63,509 nt of DNA, filler included, from Choristocarpus tenellus KU-1152 (GCA_964200185.2; 11 parts of 11 records of this genome joined end to end with filler, not necessarily neighbours in it); one strand, 5' to 3'. Numbered from the whole stretch's first letter, positions 35,302 to 49,096 are shown. Numbers and translations are program-made. The notes: generated by a model from the letters alone, not told the origin.

Positions 35302-35419
35302 ATTCTTACGGAGAGTGTAAGGGTCAGTTGGTGTGAAACGTCTTACTACTGCTCCTTTGTATATTCAGTTGGAATTTTTATGGCCTGCTATTTATCATGT
35401 CTTCTTTCTGTGTGTAGGG
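35302..35419. repeat. 118-bp terminal direct repeat, identical to 38699-38816
   Basis: The contig starts and ends with the same sequence, ATTCTTACGGAGAG...GTGTGTAGGG. Confidence 0.95.
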
Positions 35420-36699
35420 TAGGTAGTACAAAGCATGTACTGAGGTTGTTTGCTTGGTGAGCAGGACAGGAATGTACTATGTGCATGGCTTCCCCCCATG
35501 TATTGTGTGGGTATGAATGTATTTTTTGTAGGTGAGAGACAGCTATGCTTTCCAGTGGTTCAAAATTAGGTGGGGATCATACTTCTGTAGGAAGGTATCT
35601 TCAACTAAATGATAAACTAAATCATTCCTCTCTCACTGTTTTGAATGATGAGGTGACTATGTAGAGCAATTGTAGTAGTGCAGGAGGAAGTGAGGTTATT
35701 TTTGTTACTTGTGACAGTGCAAGACCACAAACTCAGCTGTTGGCATCCATATAATACTAACGTGATGCAACGAACACACTGTATTTTTTCTTTGATGTAT
35801 GTCTCCCTCAACAATAATGGACCCAGAAGCAAACACCTGCAATCATTCTAAGTGCAATAAACTAAAATGGCTACAAGCATTACATTTGAGTTCATGAACA
35901 TATTAGTACACTACTCTTTTGGAATGCAAAATATGTCATGCAAGGGATGAAAAGGATGGATGAGAGGATCGAGGCTGCAACAACCCAAGAATCTTGTGGC
36001 AATCGGAAACAGATAATTGACATTGTGGAGGTGGAGGAGAACTCTTGTGATGACAAAACAGGTTGATCCCTTACTTCAAGCCCAGTAACACAATCAATCG
36101 CCCACACCACAGCGCTAAAATTGCAACCCATCTTGCTTCTTGCATCAGATTGATGATGGTCCCTCAATGTCATCTCTAGAACCTCAAACTAAGCTACATT
36201 GGTTGAAACACTTTCATGATGGCACTACAAAAAGAGTGGGGAATTCACATACAGACAGTAATGATTTCAAGTATGACAATATAGTAGGAGGGATTACAAC
36301 AAGAAAACATGCTGAACTCTACACTAGAGAATCATATTTCAATCCCTTGCACGGGGTCCCATTCTGGAGAAAGGATGTTATCTTGTACACACTAGAGTAC
36401 TTCCTCCATGCCATAAGTCTGTACTGCGTTGTCCGCAACTTTTGATTATGTTGATGAAATTCATTTCGGAAAGAAACTTTGGAATCCCAGATGAATTTCT
36501 GGTTAGGGTCAGCTCTTTTTTTTTTATTACTCCAAATCTATTTCAATTTTATCAGCCACAGAAAAAGCCTTCATGTCTACCTTTGGCATGTTTTCAAGCT
36601 CATCAGACAGCTGCCTCTTCCTTACCCCTGTGTGCTCCACACTGAAGTCATTCCTCTCTTTGTATCTAAGTACTTGATTGTACACCACAATTTTTTTGT

Positions 36700-37076
36700 G
36701 TCAAGCCCTCTCACTCTCAAGTGTAGTTTCACCATACTCCTCATACTGTTTCTTAATGATCTTCACCATCTCCTCGACGGACCCAAACCGCTCCCCCATC
36801 ACCCAGCATTTCAAAGACCTGAAGAAGCACAAGTCCATGATATTGAGTTCGGGGAGTTAGATGGCTGCGTCACTAGCCTAATCGACCACCCCTCAGTCTT
36901 CCCTGCTCCTGACAAGATTTCTGAATTGCCCTTGCCTGTGCGGGGGGTGGCACCGTCTTGCTGAACAATAACGTGCTTCTCCTGCAACTAAGGCACCTTG
37001 GTCTAGATTGCAACAGTAACTCCTCCGTGTACCACTTCCTGTACCACAAATGGTCAAAAAGTACGGTTCTGCTCAT
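36700..37076 (-). mobile_element. Tc1/mariner transposase remnant (plant/oomycete-type catalytic C-terminal half)
   Basis: Manual minus-strand translation across frameshifts gives WYRKWYTEELL...VIVQQDGATPRTGK...GWSIRLVTQPSNSP/LNIMDLCFFRSLK. Confidence 0.85.
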
Positions 37077-37219
37077 ACACGAACATACTCCCTACCCACT
37101 TTGATTCTTATCAGAGGGTCCTACTGCCATAAATAAATAAAATAAATGCAATCTGGAAAATAACAAGGTTTGCTCATGGTTTGGGATACAATATACAGTA
37201 AAAAAAAACATAAGAACAG

Positions 37220-38159
37220 CCCATGTGCTTGTAACCCTTCGAGTGGTGGAGTCTCTGTACGAGTCAGTGCCCCAGCTAATGTTTCAGCTATATGCGTTGC
37301 CACTGGTCTGGGATGATACCTCATCAGGTATTTTCTTTGTCTGGTTTGTGTCCATTGCAGTATCTGCTCTATCACTGGCCTATGCCACTACAGGACTTGT
37401 AGCAGAGCAACCTTTGCATGGACTGAAGGAGAAGCTCCAGAGTGGAGATAAGGTGATGAACGAGGTGAGGGTTGGCTCACTGGGACCTTGCTTGGAATTG
37501 TTCCAGCCTTGGGCAGAGTGAGCCTTGGTGTTATTGATATGCACCCCCAACACTTTGTGTGGGTGTTCTTGTTGTATGAGGTGTTTGAGATTGTGAGTCG
37601 ATTCTTTTCACTTGCTCTCCTTGCATTGGTGTTGCGGGAGTGGTTCTTTATTTTTTTGTTGTATCTTTGGCTCAGTCGTATGCTTATTTTGAAAGGATCA
37701 GGGGAGCTCCATATGCGAAGCCAGCTGAGACTGGTGGGGATGCCATTCATGGACTCTGTGTTTGACAGCTCTATTGCATTCAGATTTGCCTTATTGATCA
37801 CCCTAGTGGAGTTTGTAGCCTGCCTTTTGATAAGCAACTTTGTATCCGATCGTGAAGATGTGAATGTTCCTGATAAACCACGTCGAGTTATCAGTACTGT
37901 AGCTATAGTCTGCATGGTTGTTAAGCTTGTAATGGCATTCCTGTTTGTGGTTCCATTTAAGTCCCTTGTACAGGAGAGTCAAGCTGAATCCACCACATCG
38001 CCAACTCCACTTGATGGCCCTGTTTTGACTGGAGATGAGATAGCAGTACGGAGAGTACATCATTTCCTTGAGGATGTAGAACCCGATACCGATGGTGAGG
38101 AGGAGATTGATGTTGATGGCTGCAATGGGGAGCGGATAGATATTGTTGCAGTAGAGTAG
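37220..38159 (+). pseudogene. XK-related (Xkr) membrane protein/lipid scramblase segment with an apparent frameshift near 37450
   Basis: LRVVESLYESVPQLMFQLY fits the Xkr ExxPQ signature, followed by SIAVSALSLAY and FEIVSRFFSLAL and several TM helices. It is split across ORFs 37225-37521 and 37488-38159, and I found no convincing phase-compatible intron between them. Confidence 0.75.
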
Positions 38160-38935
38160 TGGGTGTCAGGTAGCAAACAGCTTACGTACTTTTTTTATGT
38201 GGATGGCAGGGTCGAATGACTTACTGGTAGGTGCATATGAAAGGCATGGATGGAGGAGGATGACTTTTATGATTCTGGACCAGATGAGAGATTTGTTGGA
38301 GAATGTATTTTGCTACATGTTTCTAGTTGAGTCAGGGAGGGTAAAAAGGTTAACTTTGTTTGCACAGCACTTAGTTGATAGTTGGATCGGTGAAGGGAAC
38401 AGTACTATTATAAATTTCATGCAAGTTGGGATAGGAGGACTCAGGATGGGGTTGATGAGAGTAAGGCCCTGGAGAATAGGATCCCCATATCCATGCTGGA
38501 GTCTGATTAAGTGATAAATGTTTGTCATACTTTGTGGGAGTGTGCACTGCCCCGATTGGAGGATGTCATGCTTCATGACTCCCAAGATTCCAAATTATAT
38601 GGTATAACCACCCTGTCAGGCAGTACAGCAGTTACGCTGTGGGGAGGGGTAGAAAAGGTTTTCGTGTTTGAAATTTCAATACCGGTGCAATGTACTGCAT
38701 TCTTACGGAGAGTGTAAGGGTCAGTTGGTGTGAAACGTCTTACTACTGCTCCTTTGTATATTCAGTTGGAATTTTTATGGCCTGCTATTTATCATGTCTT
38801 CTTTCTGTGTGTAGGGNNNNNNNNNNNNNNNNNNNNNNNNNNNNNNNNNNNNNNNNNNNNTTAATTAATTAANNNNNNNNNNNNNNNNNNNNNNNNNNNN
38901 NNNNNNNNNNNNNNNNAGCTTACTCACGCCACGTT

Positions 38936-39544
38936 ATGTCGGACACTACTACCCCCACACCTGCTGCAACATCACATACCAGCAGCAATACCAAAGAGAA
39001 GTCCGCAACTCGCAAGGGGAAGAAGAAGACGACCCATGCAACGCCAACAACCGAAGGAGGTAATGAGGAGGGTAGTATAAACGCCCAACCTCAACCTAGT
39101 CCCGTGTCTATTTCTGTAGACAGAGGCATCCCTGGTGGCTCGCTAGAGCAGGAAGGGGTGGCGGAGCAGAGGCTGAGGGAAGGCCCTGCCCGTAATTCGG
39201 GCCTGAACCGGTTCAGCGTGTTGACTGAATATCACGAGGAAAAAGGCGAACACAGTGCGGTGGAGACGTTCGATATCCAGACGTACATGAATCGCCAACT
39301 CGTCTACGCCAAGATTGTCGATGAGGCAATTGAGGGGACTTCGCATGACAAAGGTTTGGTGGCAGCGGCCATGCAAACTTTAAATATGAAGATGAGTATA
39401 TTGTCCCACCCTACCTCAATATTCACTGAGGCTAGGTACTTGATCCTTGATCATGATACATCTTATGACAACGACTTACCCCATGAGTTCTGGAGCACAG
39501 ACTTTGTCCTATTCCCCTGTTGCCAAATTAAAAAAATGGATTAG
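38936..39544 (+). CDS. Hypothetical 202-aa ORF, possibly a retroelement ORF1/gag-like remnant
   Basis: ATG-initiated, low-complexity N-terminus, an NRFSVL motif, and it lies upstream of the pol remnant. No diagnostic domain recognised. Confidence 0.3.
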   Translation: MSDTTTPTPAATSHTSSNTKEKSATRKGKKKTTHATPTTEGGNEEGSINAQPQPSPVSISVDRGIPGGSLEQEGVAEQRLREGPARNSGLNRFSVLTEYHEEKGEHSAVETFDIQTYMNRQLVYAKIVDEAIEGTSHDKGLVAAAMQTLNMKMSILSHPTSIFTEARYLILDHDTSYDNDLPHEFWSTDFVLFPCCQIKKMD

Positions 39545-39863
39545 ACATTTCCCTCATGTGTATCTACAACAACCACAAAGAGCGTTCAATTTGCCAGCTT
39601 TTATTGGTGATGAAAACAGGTACTGCCTGTCAGAAATCTCTATTATTCCTCCAATGAACCCCTGCAGGATAACATAGAACCACAGGAGGAGAGAGAGAGA
39701 GAAATGAGAGAATATAGAGATGCCCTGCTGATTCTGTTTCCCTGGAATCTATAGGGTTAGGAAGTCAAAGAAACTAGGGACTTGGTGTTTTGGGAAGACT
39801 CAGATATGGGAGAGAGCAAAAAAGACCCAACACTATAAATACTCAAGGTCAGCACACCAAACG

Positions 39864-41663
39864 TTGCCACAAGCAGGACATGTAACAACTGTTGCATCTG
39901 CTCTTTCATTTTCCCCACAACCAATTTTGGACGTGGGTGACATGTCTTTTACACCTCAAATGTGTTGTTCCACTTTGTCATACTGTTGGCACACATCAGC
40001 AATCCAACTCTATTCTAACTCCCCTCGCGTGCTCAATATGTCATCTCGCCGCGTAAGAATTCCTGGGTATGTTGAAAATGAACCTTTAACGAGTATTACT
40101 GTTGATGCTGCTAATGACATTCCAGTAATACCTCTCAGGTACATTGAAGCCCAACCAACACTTTGTAAGGCACCCATTCGGGAGATTTCAGCAGACGCTC
40201 TGAATTTAAAAGGAGCAGGTGGTCCACCTCTCTCTGTATCTGGTTTCATTCAATTTACACTACAACTTGGTGACATATCAATGCCTGTCCAAGCAGTGGT
40301 CATACCTAATCTGGCAGTAGATAAAATTTTGTTGGATAACAGCATTATGTCGGCATTTGGGGCAGTGCTAGATTGGGATAGAGAGGAGATGTTGTTTAAA
40401 GGCAGTGATCAGTGCATCCCAGCAAATTGTACCCCTTCCCATCTGTTCCCCCCCAACGACTTTGGCCAGACTGAAAATGCATCTCATGTTTCAATTTCAG
40501 TAATCACATCTGAATTTATTAAACCAGTGCACACAGTAAAAAAGATACTCCTTCCCCCTGGCACGGAAACGCTTGTTCCAGTTTGTTCTCAGGCACTTCG
40601 AGGAACAGCTACCGATGCAGTGGTGGAACCTATCATTTACACTGGCACCTCCAGCATGAGGACGACATACATCCCAACTGGCAACATATTATGGTCAGTC
40701 GAACCCTCACTGTTTGGGAAGAAGATGGAGGATGTTTAGTCAAAATTGCCAATTTGTCACAAAATGGGATCAAGTTACCAGCAGAGTTTGTAGTTGGTCA
40801 TATTTCCCCTGTATCAAAAACATATACCTTGTCAGACACCACAGTAAGTGCAGTTGCAGCCACACCATCTACTCCTGAAGAACTGAAACAGGCTAGGGAG
40901 GAATTGAAGTTGTTTTTTTCTAAGAAGGCTTTCACAAATACTCAACTGACACTGTCTGAACAAGAGGAATTACTAGATATAGTGGCTAAATTCAGACCAG
41001 TCTTTTCATTATCCGAAAAAGAATTAGGTTGCTGTACCACTACTTTTGTTGAGTTTCCACTACAACCAGGCACTAAACCGGTTAGTAGACCACTGTATCG
41101 CGCGGCACCAAAAATACACGACACTATTCGACAATGTGTAACTGATATGGAGAATCAGGGTATTATAAAATCCTCATCTAGCCCATGGACATCCCCTGTT
41201 ACCATTGTTACCAAAACAGATGGATCACCTCGATTCTGTGTGGATTTTAGAAGAACCATAAATAAACATTTGATACGTAATTCAGGGCCTTTGCCATCCA
41301 TGGATGAGTGCTTATCCACGTTGGGGGGTTCAAAATATTTATCTTGTTTAGATATCCAATCAGCCTACTGGCAACTACCAATCACTGATGAATGCGAACA
41401 ACAAAAAACTGCCATCATCACGCCGGATGGGAAATATGAGTTTCAGAGGTTACCATTTGGAGTACAAAATGCACCGTGGATCTTCCAACGCTTTATGTCT
41501 GAAACTGTTTCCAGTATCGATCCTAGCTCAGGGTTGTTGATATATTTAGACAATATTATTTTGGCCTCTCCATCATGGACACACCATATACAGTTGATCA
41601 CTACAGTTTTGTCAATGTTACAAGATGTAGAGATTACGCTAAAGCCGCCCAAGGCCCAAATTG
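39864..41663 (+). mobile_element. Degenerate Ty3/Gypsy pol (protease region and reverse transcriptase), cut by contig end
   Basis: SPWTSPVTIVTKTDGSPRFCVDFR, LDIQSAYWQLP, KTAIITPDGKYEFQRLPFG and LIYLDN (YLDD mutated). The upstream frame has a protease-like ILLDNSIMSAFGAVLDW. Frameshift near 40650. Confidence 0.92.
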
Positions 41664-41862
41664 NNNNNNNNNNNNNNNNNNNNNNNNNNNNNNNNNNNNN
41701 NNNNNNNTTAATTAATTAANNNNNNNNNNNNNNNNNNNNNNNNNNNNNNNNNNNNNNNNNNNNGTTAGCATCCACTTGTTCCATGCCATGGTGTATTTCC
41801 AGCTGGTACTATTGCAGTTTGTCCTTATAGGTGGTTCCCTAACTGTGCCCCTCGTGCGGGCA

Positions 41863-41932
41863 GAGTCAAAGCATTTAATAGGGTAGGGCTGCGTCCGTTT
41901 AGGACCCAAAATCCAATGTTGCAATTTTGAAA
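41863..41932 (-). mobile_element. MITE family A partial copy (one end)
   Basis: GAGTCAAAGCATT...GCGTCCGTTTAGGACCCAAAATCCAATGTTGC matches the reverse complement of the right end. Confidence 0.7.
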
Positions 41933-42849
41933 TTGTACATGTGGATGAGATTGACATGTACTCGTCCCCAAAGAACCAAATGCCAACCAGACGAATGTCC
42001 CTCTACTAGATCTCATTACCACAATCCATACTGCATGCAAAGGGATCTTACCATGACTGGACCTGGTACAACGACTGCCTAGAAATGCGTGGAGAGTCAA
42101 AGACGAAGAGTAACTTTCAAAACTAGACGACTTTAGAGCTAGACCCATCCATGCTACATGTTGATGAAGACCAAAAGACAGCTAAGCCTAAATTAGTTTC
42201 CTAATGAAATCAACCCACAGTCTGGTAAGTTTCGATCTCATACCCAAAAGAACGACATGTGTCAACGTCTTCTGGGCCTCTCAAGTTTATCATGTGATCT
42301 ACTATAGTTCTAACTTCGTCTGTTTTTGCAGTTCTTTCTTCCTCAGTGACTTTCTCAAGAGTTCCCGACCTATCTTTTAGGGTTCAATACATTCCCAAGA
42401 ATACTGCAGGAGGGGTCGATGTCTTCCGAACCTTTTTAACATCTAGTTTGGGCTCTATTTTTGGAGCTCTCTCTTTGTCCGAATTTAAGAGTTCCCAGCA
42501 CCTCTACGTAATTCTTGCATCGGACCCATTCATGGTATGCCCGTTTTCTATGTTATGCAATGTGGATTACAACAACAGGCTCTACTGGAGGGACTCACTC
42601 TGACCAACATTTGCTTCCTTGTGGTCAAGCACTTAGAGGTAACTTCACTGGTGGGCAACCGTTGTTTTTGTCTTCAACTTCGTGCACAAGGCTTTTACTG
42701 GTTTCTTGCAACGTGGGCAAATGAGTGGACGGGGGGGGAAAGACCAAGGGGCACGTCCAGAGCATACAGTAGATGCAACAGTGGGCACGGTCATGTCAAC
42801 ACAAATTACATTCATGTGCAGTCAGCTCTCATGACAGCAGAAACAGAGC

Positions 42850-43560
42850 AGCCCGATTACCCTTCCACACTTTGACGAAGTCCTCCAGATCCACCCACCT
42901 CTCTGGCCCCTCAGGCACCCCTCTACATTCTCTTCTATATCAAAAGTCATGGAAATTGAGGAGATAACCTCTCTGAAATGAGACAAGGTCATAAAATGAC
43001 CGAAGTCAGGACCCAACATCAATTCCGAGTTCCCCCCCTTACCCAGTAACTCAACCATTGCCATCCACAATTTCAATGACAGTCATGACAAACACGGCAC
43101 CTAACATGCGAAATATATCTGAGACACTTCCAGGTTGACTACTGCTTATCAAGTTGATGTTTGTCGCTGCTATCATCTCATCGATCTGATCTTGAGGGAG
43201 TATCAGGTTGAAGTAGTTTGTCGACTGTTTAGTTGCCGATATTGATACCCTATCTTGCCATAGCAACACTGGATCCCACCTCTCAGCGGTTCTCAAGGGT
43301 GTGCCATTCATCCCCATATGGCAGTACAGGATTTTGGAACTTTTCTTGAACTCCCAGACCCAAATAAATTCACCCAACTGACAGTCCTCTCCATCAACAG
43401 TCCCCCCAATGCCTGACCCCGTTGTCCCAATGCCAAATTCCTTGTCTTGCTCTTCTCTGAAGACCCGTCCTTGCCGAAGTTTTCATCTGCCTTATCATCT
43501 GAATCTGTTCCCGAGTCTTCCAGATGGAGATCACTCAACTCCACTCATTCCTCCAAATCT
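42850..43560 (-). mobile_element. piggyBac-like transposase N-terminal remnant
   Basis: Acidic leader, then YFNLILPQDQIDEMIAATN...IFRMLGAVFVM...PDFGHFMTLSHFREVI, resembling the PGBD N-terminal blocks. No catalytic DDD motif recognised. Confidence 0.6.
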
Positions 43561-46535
43561 GAAGATTCTCGAACTTGAACTTGGATTATGAATCTTCCTA
43601 CAACCTCCCTTTGGGTCTAAAAGTGAGGTCACCACCCTTTTCTGGTGCTTGGAACCGACCTTGGGGGTCTGCCAACAACTCTCCTAACCCAGGTCTGAAT
43701 CTTTGAGGCCTTCGTCACGTGAAATGAAAAGTGGCGAGTTTTGTCACTAACACCTCAATATCCATGCCAACCCAAATCTTTGGCATCTCCACCTTTCTTG
43801 GCTTAGAAATTTTGACAGGAATGAGTTTCCTCTAACGGATGTCGACACAGTGATACACTTACGGAAGGCAACCCATCTGACCTGGTCCATGCGAGCGTAC
43901 ACCAACCTATCAAATCTAAACATACACAAAGTATATTCTTTTGTACAAAAAAAATGAAACGCTGCTCACCAAAATAAAGTTCCAGAAATATTATTTTCGA
44001 TCTAATCAGGTACTGTTACAGGCACGATCCAGAAACTTCCCTCCACAGGATGAGTAGCTTCAATCCACAGGTTAACGAACGTAAGCTCAGCAGAACAAGG
44101 GTACTCTCAATGGATCAATTAGCATAAGAAATGTTACTTGGTATCAGTAAGAATGCTATAGATGGGTCTCTAGAGACGAACTGAGCCATTTGAAGCCGTT
44201 TTTAGGATCTCTTATCATCATTTACCGTTGGGGCTTCTTTGGTTTACAGACATTGGAACATACATCTGAGAACCCTTGCGACCTTTCCACCTGGGAACTC
44301 TTGCGACTTTCCCGAGTTACAGATTTTATTCAAATTTTTAGCAAATCGGAGCTCCCCCTTTTGGGGTTCCCCACGCGTGTACACTGCTCGCGCCGGTTAA
44401 ACGCGGGGAGAAATACTCGCGCTACTCGTCTGTGACAGTACGTTCATGGTAGATTCAGTGTTCCAGAAGAAATGTGGTGAGAACGTATGAGGATCACAGT
44501 ATACCCAACAAACCGATACCTTCCTTATTTCTAAATGGTTGTATACCTTGCAATGTCTGGCATGGCGTTGTTGTGTGCCTTCATGACCTGCGTAACTTTG
44601 GGGCAGATGCCTTCTTACCCATAAAATTTGATAATTTCAAGTATTTTAATAGATTCCGTTGATTGAGCAGGAAGATCTGGGGGATATGAAGAAGGTAGCA
44701 TCTCTGACCAGAGTTGGAGGCCAAAGATTGGCACTGTTTCAGGTCCAGAAGTGTGATATTAGTGACCTTGCTTAAGCGACATTTCCTCAGTTTCAGGTGT
44801 TGAATCTTGATCCTTTCAGAGTGGGGCATATATAGAAGATGTCGAGGGTGACCATCCAAAATTTTAAAATCCCTTGCTGATTAGACATCCATTCAAGAAC
44901 AAATAAGGGTAATGAGCCAAACTTAACTGAGAGTTAGGCAAGGTTGCATCTTAAGTATCCCGTGAAAGGGAAAAATGTGTCATTTTCTTTCTGAGTTGTG
45001 GTATCATTTTGTGTATGGAAAAGGGGAAGATCGATTTTGCGTACACTATCGTACATACAGCAATGAAATAAGAGGGTATTGCACAGGGTAGAAAAGATGG
45101 TTCAGAATGTGTAGGGGTCCAAACCTGCCTACCTCTGAATTGGTTTAGCTCTAGTTTAAGAAGAGAATGTAAAACAGTCAAACTGACAACTCTTCCAAAC
45201 AAAGAAGGCGCAATTTCATCACAAAACCACGACGAGAAAAAGGAACCTGTCGCAGATAGTGCTATCAGACCTAGGATGCTCACAATATTGATGGATTGCA
45301 ATACACCCGAACTGGGGGTCAGTATCGGCTGCTACAGAAATCCAACGATTGGTAAGGGAAATCCAATTAAGGAAAGTCACTTCCTCAAACGAAAATGTCA
45401 TCTGCCTATATAATTCAACAGAACACAATTTACAATCTGCTGATCATTGGATTATTAAACTAGTGATGGCACTGATTCTGGTAACTCTGGTTGTCTGTCC
45501 ACGTAAACAGCAAGTTTAACTTTTCTGAAAGCGAGGGACGGAAGCAATGCAGAAAGAAATGAGTTGCACAATAATTTATTTTTCTTATTTTAGGTTCCCC
45601 CCAACAGTAGAGTAATTTCCTTGAGGTTATTTAGAAAGTCGATGGCAGCTTTCAAGGTAGACGGGTGGCTCAATAATGGATATGCCAAGTGCCTGTAACT
45701 GATTACTTAGTTGCTTGTAGTCTTGTCGGTAGAGTTTGGAGCACAAGATTATTGCTCAAAATCGCAAACAACAGAAATTGTGAATTGTCACATCTAGACT
45801 AGCTCAGCTTGAATATTGCACTGTTGTAGACCCTCCTGTTTCAAGGAGAAGATATATATGTACATATAAATGCAAGGTGTAAGCCCCAGATTTCATTAAT
45901 AGGAGTCATCAAACGACTGATGAAGCCCTGGTTAGAATTTTCATTTATGAAAAGGAATCCATTATGAACTAATGCAATCTCCCATAAATTGAAATCAAGC
46001 TTTCCCAAAACACTTGTTGGATTTGGATTAAATCCAATGGTGAGCGATCCATGTATTTATCATTCAGCCAAGTAAGGCATTTTAATCAGCACAAGAACTT
46101 TTGACATTTGCGTTTTTACTCACACTTCCTAGACCCGCGATTATAGGGAACCTGAAGAGAAATTGCTGTGGGTGGTTAGTTATCTACCAATCAACATTAT
46201 CACACCCAACATTGCACAACAAACGGCCAGCTACATAGTCTCTTCACGTTTTTGGAATGCCACACAAAGGCAACATTTGTTGACATTTGTCTTTCTTTAA
46301 ATTTGGTGCCACACAATGGGTAGATGAGTATCCCACTGAGATATTAGGCTTAGGTTACTCAGTACCCTTGACAACTGATGTTCGTAAGCAGTTTGGTACT
46401 GTTCGCACTCATTGTGTTTATCCTCACTGTTCTCAGTGCAGTGACACTGTGGCTACTACCCAACCAAGGTTCTCTTCTTTGCCCCCCAGCCTGACCCCCG
46501 CATGTTACCCAAACACAGCATTGCGTCCTGCATTA

Positions 46536-46824
46536 GAGTGAAAAGTATTTTAGAGGGTACGATTTTTGCCCTTTTTATCCGTTTGGGGCTTGTCTTCCCA
46601 CTTAAAAAAAAATACATTTTCCTATTATCCCGAAATCTTTCGGAATTGGTAAAATGTATACATTTTGGAGTAGGTTTCATGTGTAAAACTATAAAGAGGT
46701 GTGTCTGGAACAAGGATATCGATACTTCCACAAAAATACGATAGCCAAATTTACATCAAAATCGTAACATTGGATTTTGGCCCCCCAAATGGACGCGGCC
46801 GTACCCTCTAAGATACTTTCACTC
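46536..46824 (+). mobile_element. MITE family A copy (289 bp, partial duplication of the internal hairpin arm)
   Basis: TIRs intact; about 30 extra nt after the hairpin; no clear TSD. Confidence 0.9.
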
Positions 46825-49096
46825 AAAAAGGTGCAACGAATAACCTTTTGTAAAACCTATAATTGATCAATACCTGCACCCCCATGAAAGGTATAATCTA
46901 AAATGTCGATGAAAGGGTGTATTGCAAAATGTGGTCGGACCTCATGTTGTGAAAGGTCGATCAAAATGTGGTCAGACCTCATCCCCTTCAGTTTAACCTT
47001 GAAAAAGGTCGTTTTGAGCAAGGCTTGTAAAAGGTCGTGGGACCTTTTACAGACCCTTTTATTGAACCGTTTTTAGGCTCCCTGCAAGGTGTGTTTGGGA
47101 GAGGCCGTTTCGTGGAGGTTTTCCGAGTCGGCATTATCCTTGTATCAAAATATCGGAAAGGTGTGTTGAGAAAGATTGACCAAGAGACGTATGAAAACGT
47201 TGAAGAAAATGTTGTCTCATCGTTACATAGTATATGATTATTGAAATCGTTGACAAGCAGCCAATGATTTCACAACATAAAAGGAGAACGATACAACAGT
47301 ATGGCCGCACACTGTATTATAATAGCACCATCACTTTCAGCTGCACACTCTCCAAGCCCAAAAAGTCTGAACTAGTTTTACCTTAGCATACGTACAAGAC
47401 ATATATGGGGTTAACACAAGGAAACAAGAAAAACAGAAAAAGTATTGGAGAACCTTGAGGAGCCTGGACCCATGCTCAAGTATATAAACATAATAGTATT
47501 GCACATCACAGTCCTCCTCCACCCTGACCCCGGACCTCTATCACTTGTGGGATACCCAAATAATCATCATTCCATACAACAATTATTTACTCCTGCATCC
47601 ACATCCGTAGCTTCAAGCCTAGGCACCCTACCCATAGGTGGTTTGGATATATAGCACCACATCACTCGGCATTTAGTCGCATGGCCTGAGGAGAGGACAA
47701 TGGGAAGGCAAATACGTGGCGATAAATGCAACATCTTTGGGATACTCAGTGTGGCTAAGTACTGCTCGTAGGATTGTTTAGTTTTTGTACCACACAGTAT
47801 TCAGTTAAGCTTAGAGTTTGCATGCATATCATGAAACATCAAGTACAATGGTAATAACGAAATAATTGACTCTAGTACATAGCTGTAAGTGGGATGAAGT
47901 CGCAAACCAATTGGGATCTTTCAGGGGATTAGTGAAGGGGAAAATAATGACTAGTTGAGTAAGGGATGAAAACATAAGGAAAGGAATCGTACCTCGCAGT
48001 AGAGTACTCATACGGACGGACGAACTTGTCCACCGGTTCAAAGTCGGAAATGTCCATGAAGTCTAATGCCTTGCCGCATATGCCTCCTACATAGTTAGGA
48101 GTGAATCGAAGAGTCTGCAGAATGCGAGTGTGTGTTTGCGGTTAGGCAAGAAGGTAACCAAGGTGTCAATGTGTTCATTGTGAGGAGTGAGATTCAATAG
48201 GACAAGACAGTACTGACTTTATCATGCAGACTTGCACACTTTGAAATATATGTTTCTCGGGGCAATTGCCACCCCCAACTTGACAGGCTTTGAACCCCAG
48301 GAGAAGACTTCTTGCCACACAAATGACGCTCTTGCCCAAGACTGCTGGCAGGTCTGGGTCTTCACCTTCGCCCATACTGTTTGAGTGAGCCCAGGTCACG
48401 AACTGGGCCTTCAAGACAGATGTCATATCCATCATGCATGGTTTGACCGACTTGAAGGGAGGTGGTTTAATTGGGCGGAGAGTACATGCAATAGTTAGTG
48501 TGTGTCAAATACCAAAATTAAATATATTAACATGCTACTACTTCATTACTTCTTTAACTACTTAGTATTTATTATTTAGTCCTTATGAGGCCATAAATTT
48601 GCCATATATTGTTGTTCAGTCCTTTTTTATATACCTCAATGAACACAATAAAGTGAATAATACAAGTAGAGACCCCGCATATTTGGTCATGACGACATTT
48701 CCTTTTTGGCGCCCTCTACAAGTCTCGTGTTCAGCCAACAGCCTTGTGGATTGGAGCCATATGTCCCATCATGGTAAGCTTGTGGAGCGTTTTGTCGCAA
48801 ATATGCTGGTGATATGATGGTACTGGTTTAAGATTAAATACATACATAAATGGGGGTTAGGTTGGAGGGAATTGTGGTTGTGAGGGCAACTGGGTTGAAC
48901 AAGGGTAGGTATAATAACTCATATATATATGTGGAAAGCATGTTTGCCTGTTTTTATACCGTTATTGTCGTATGCCATATACCGTTATACCGTGGTNNNN
49001 NNNNNNNNNNNNNNNNNNNNNNNNNNNNNNNNNNNNNNNNTTAATTAATTAANNNNNNNNNNNNNNNNNNNNNNNNNNNNNNNNNNNNNNNNNNNN

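Noticed and set aside
37453-37506. Short GT-AG intron to repair the Xkr frameshift
   Set aside because: Donor and acceptor phases are incompatible (0 versus 1), and it would be far shorter than the other introns here.
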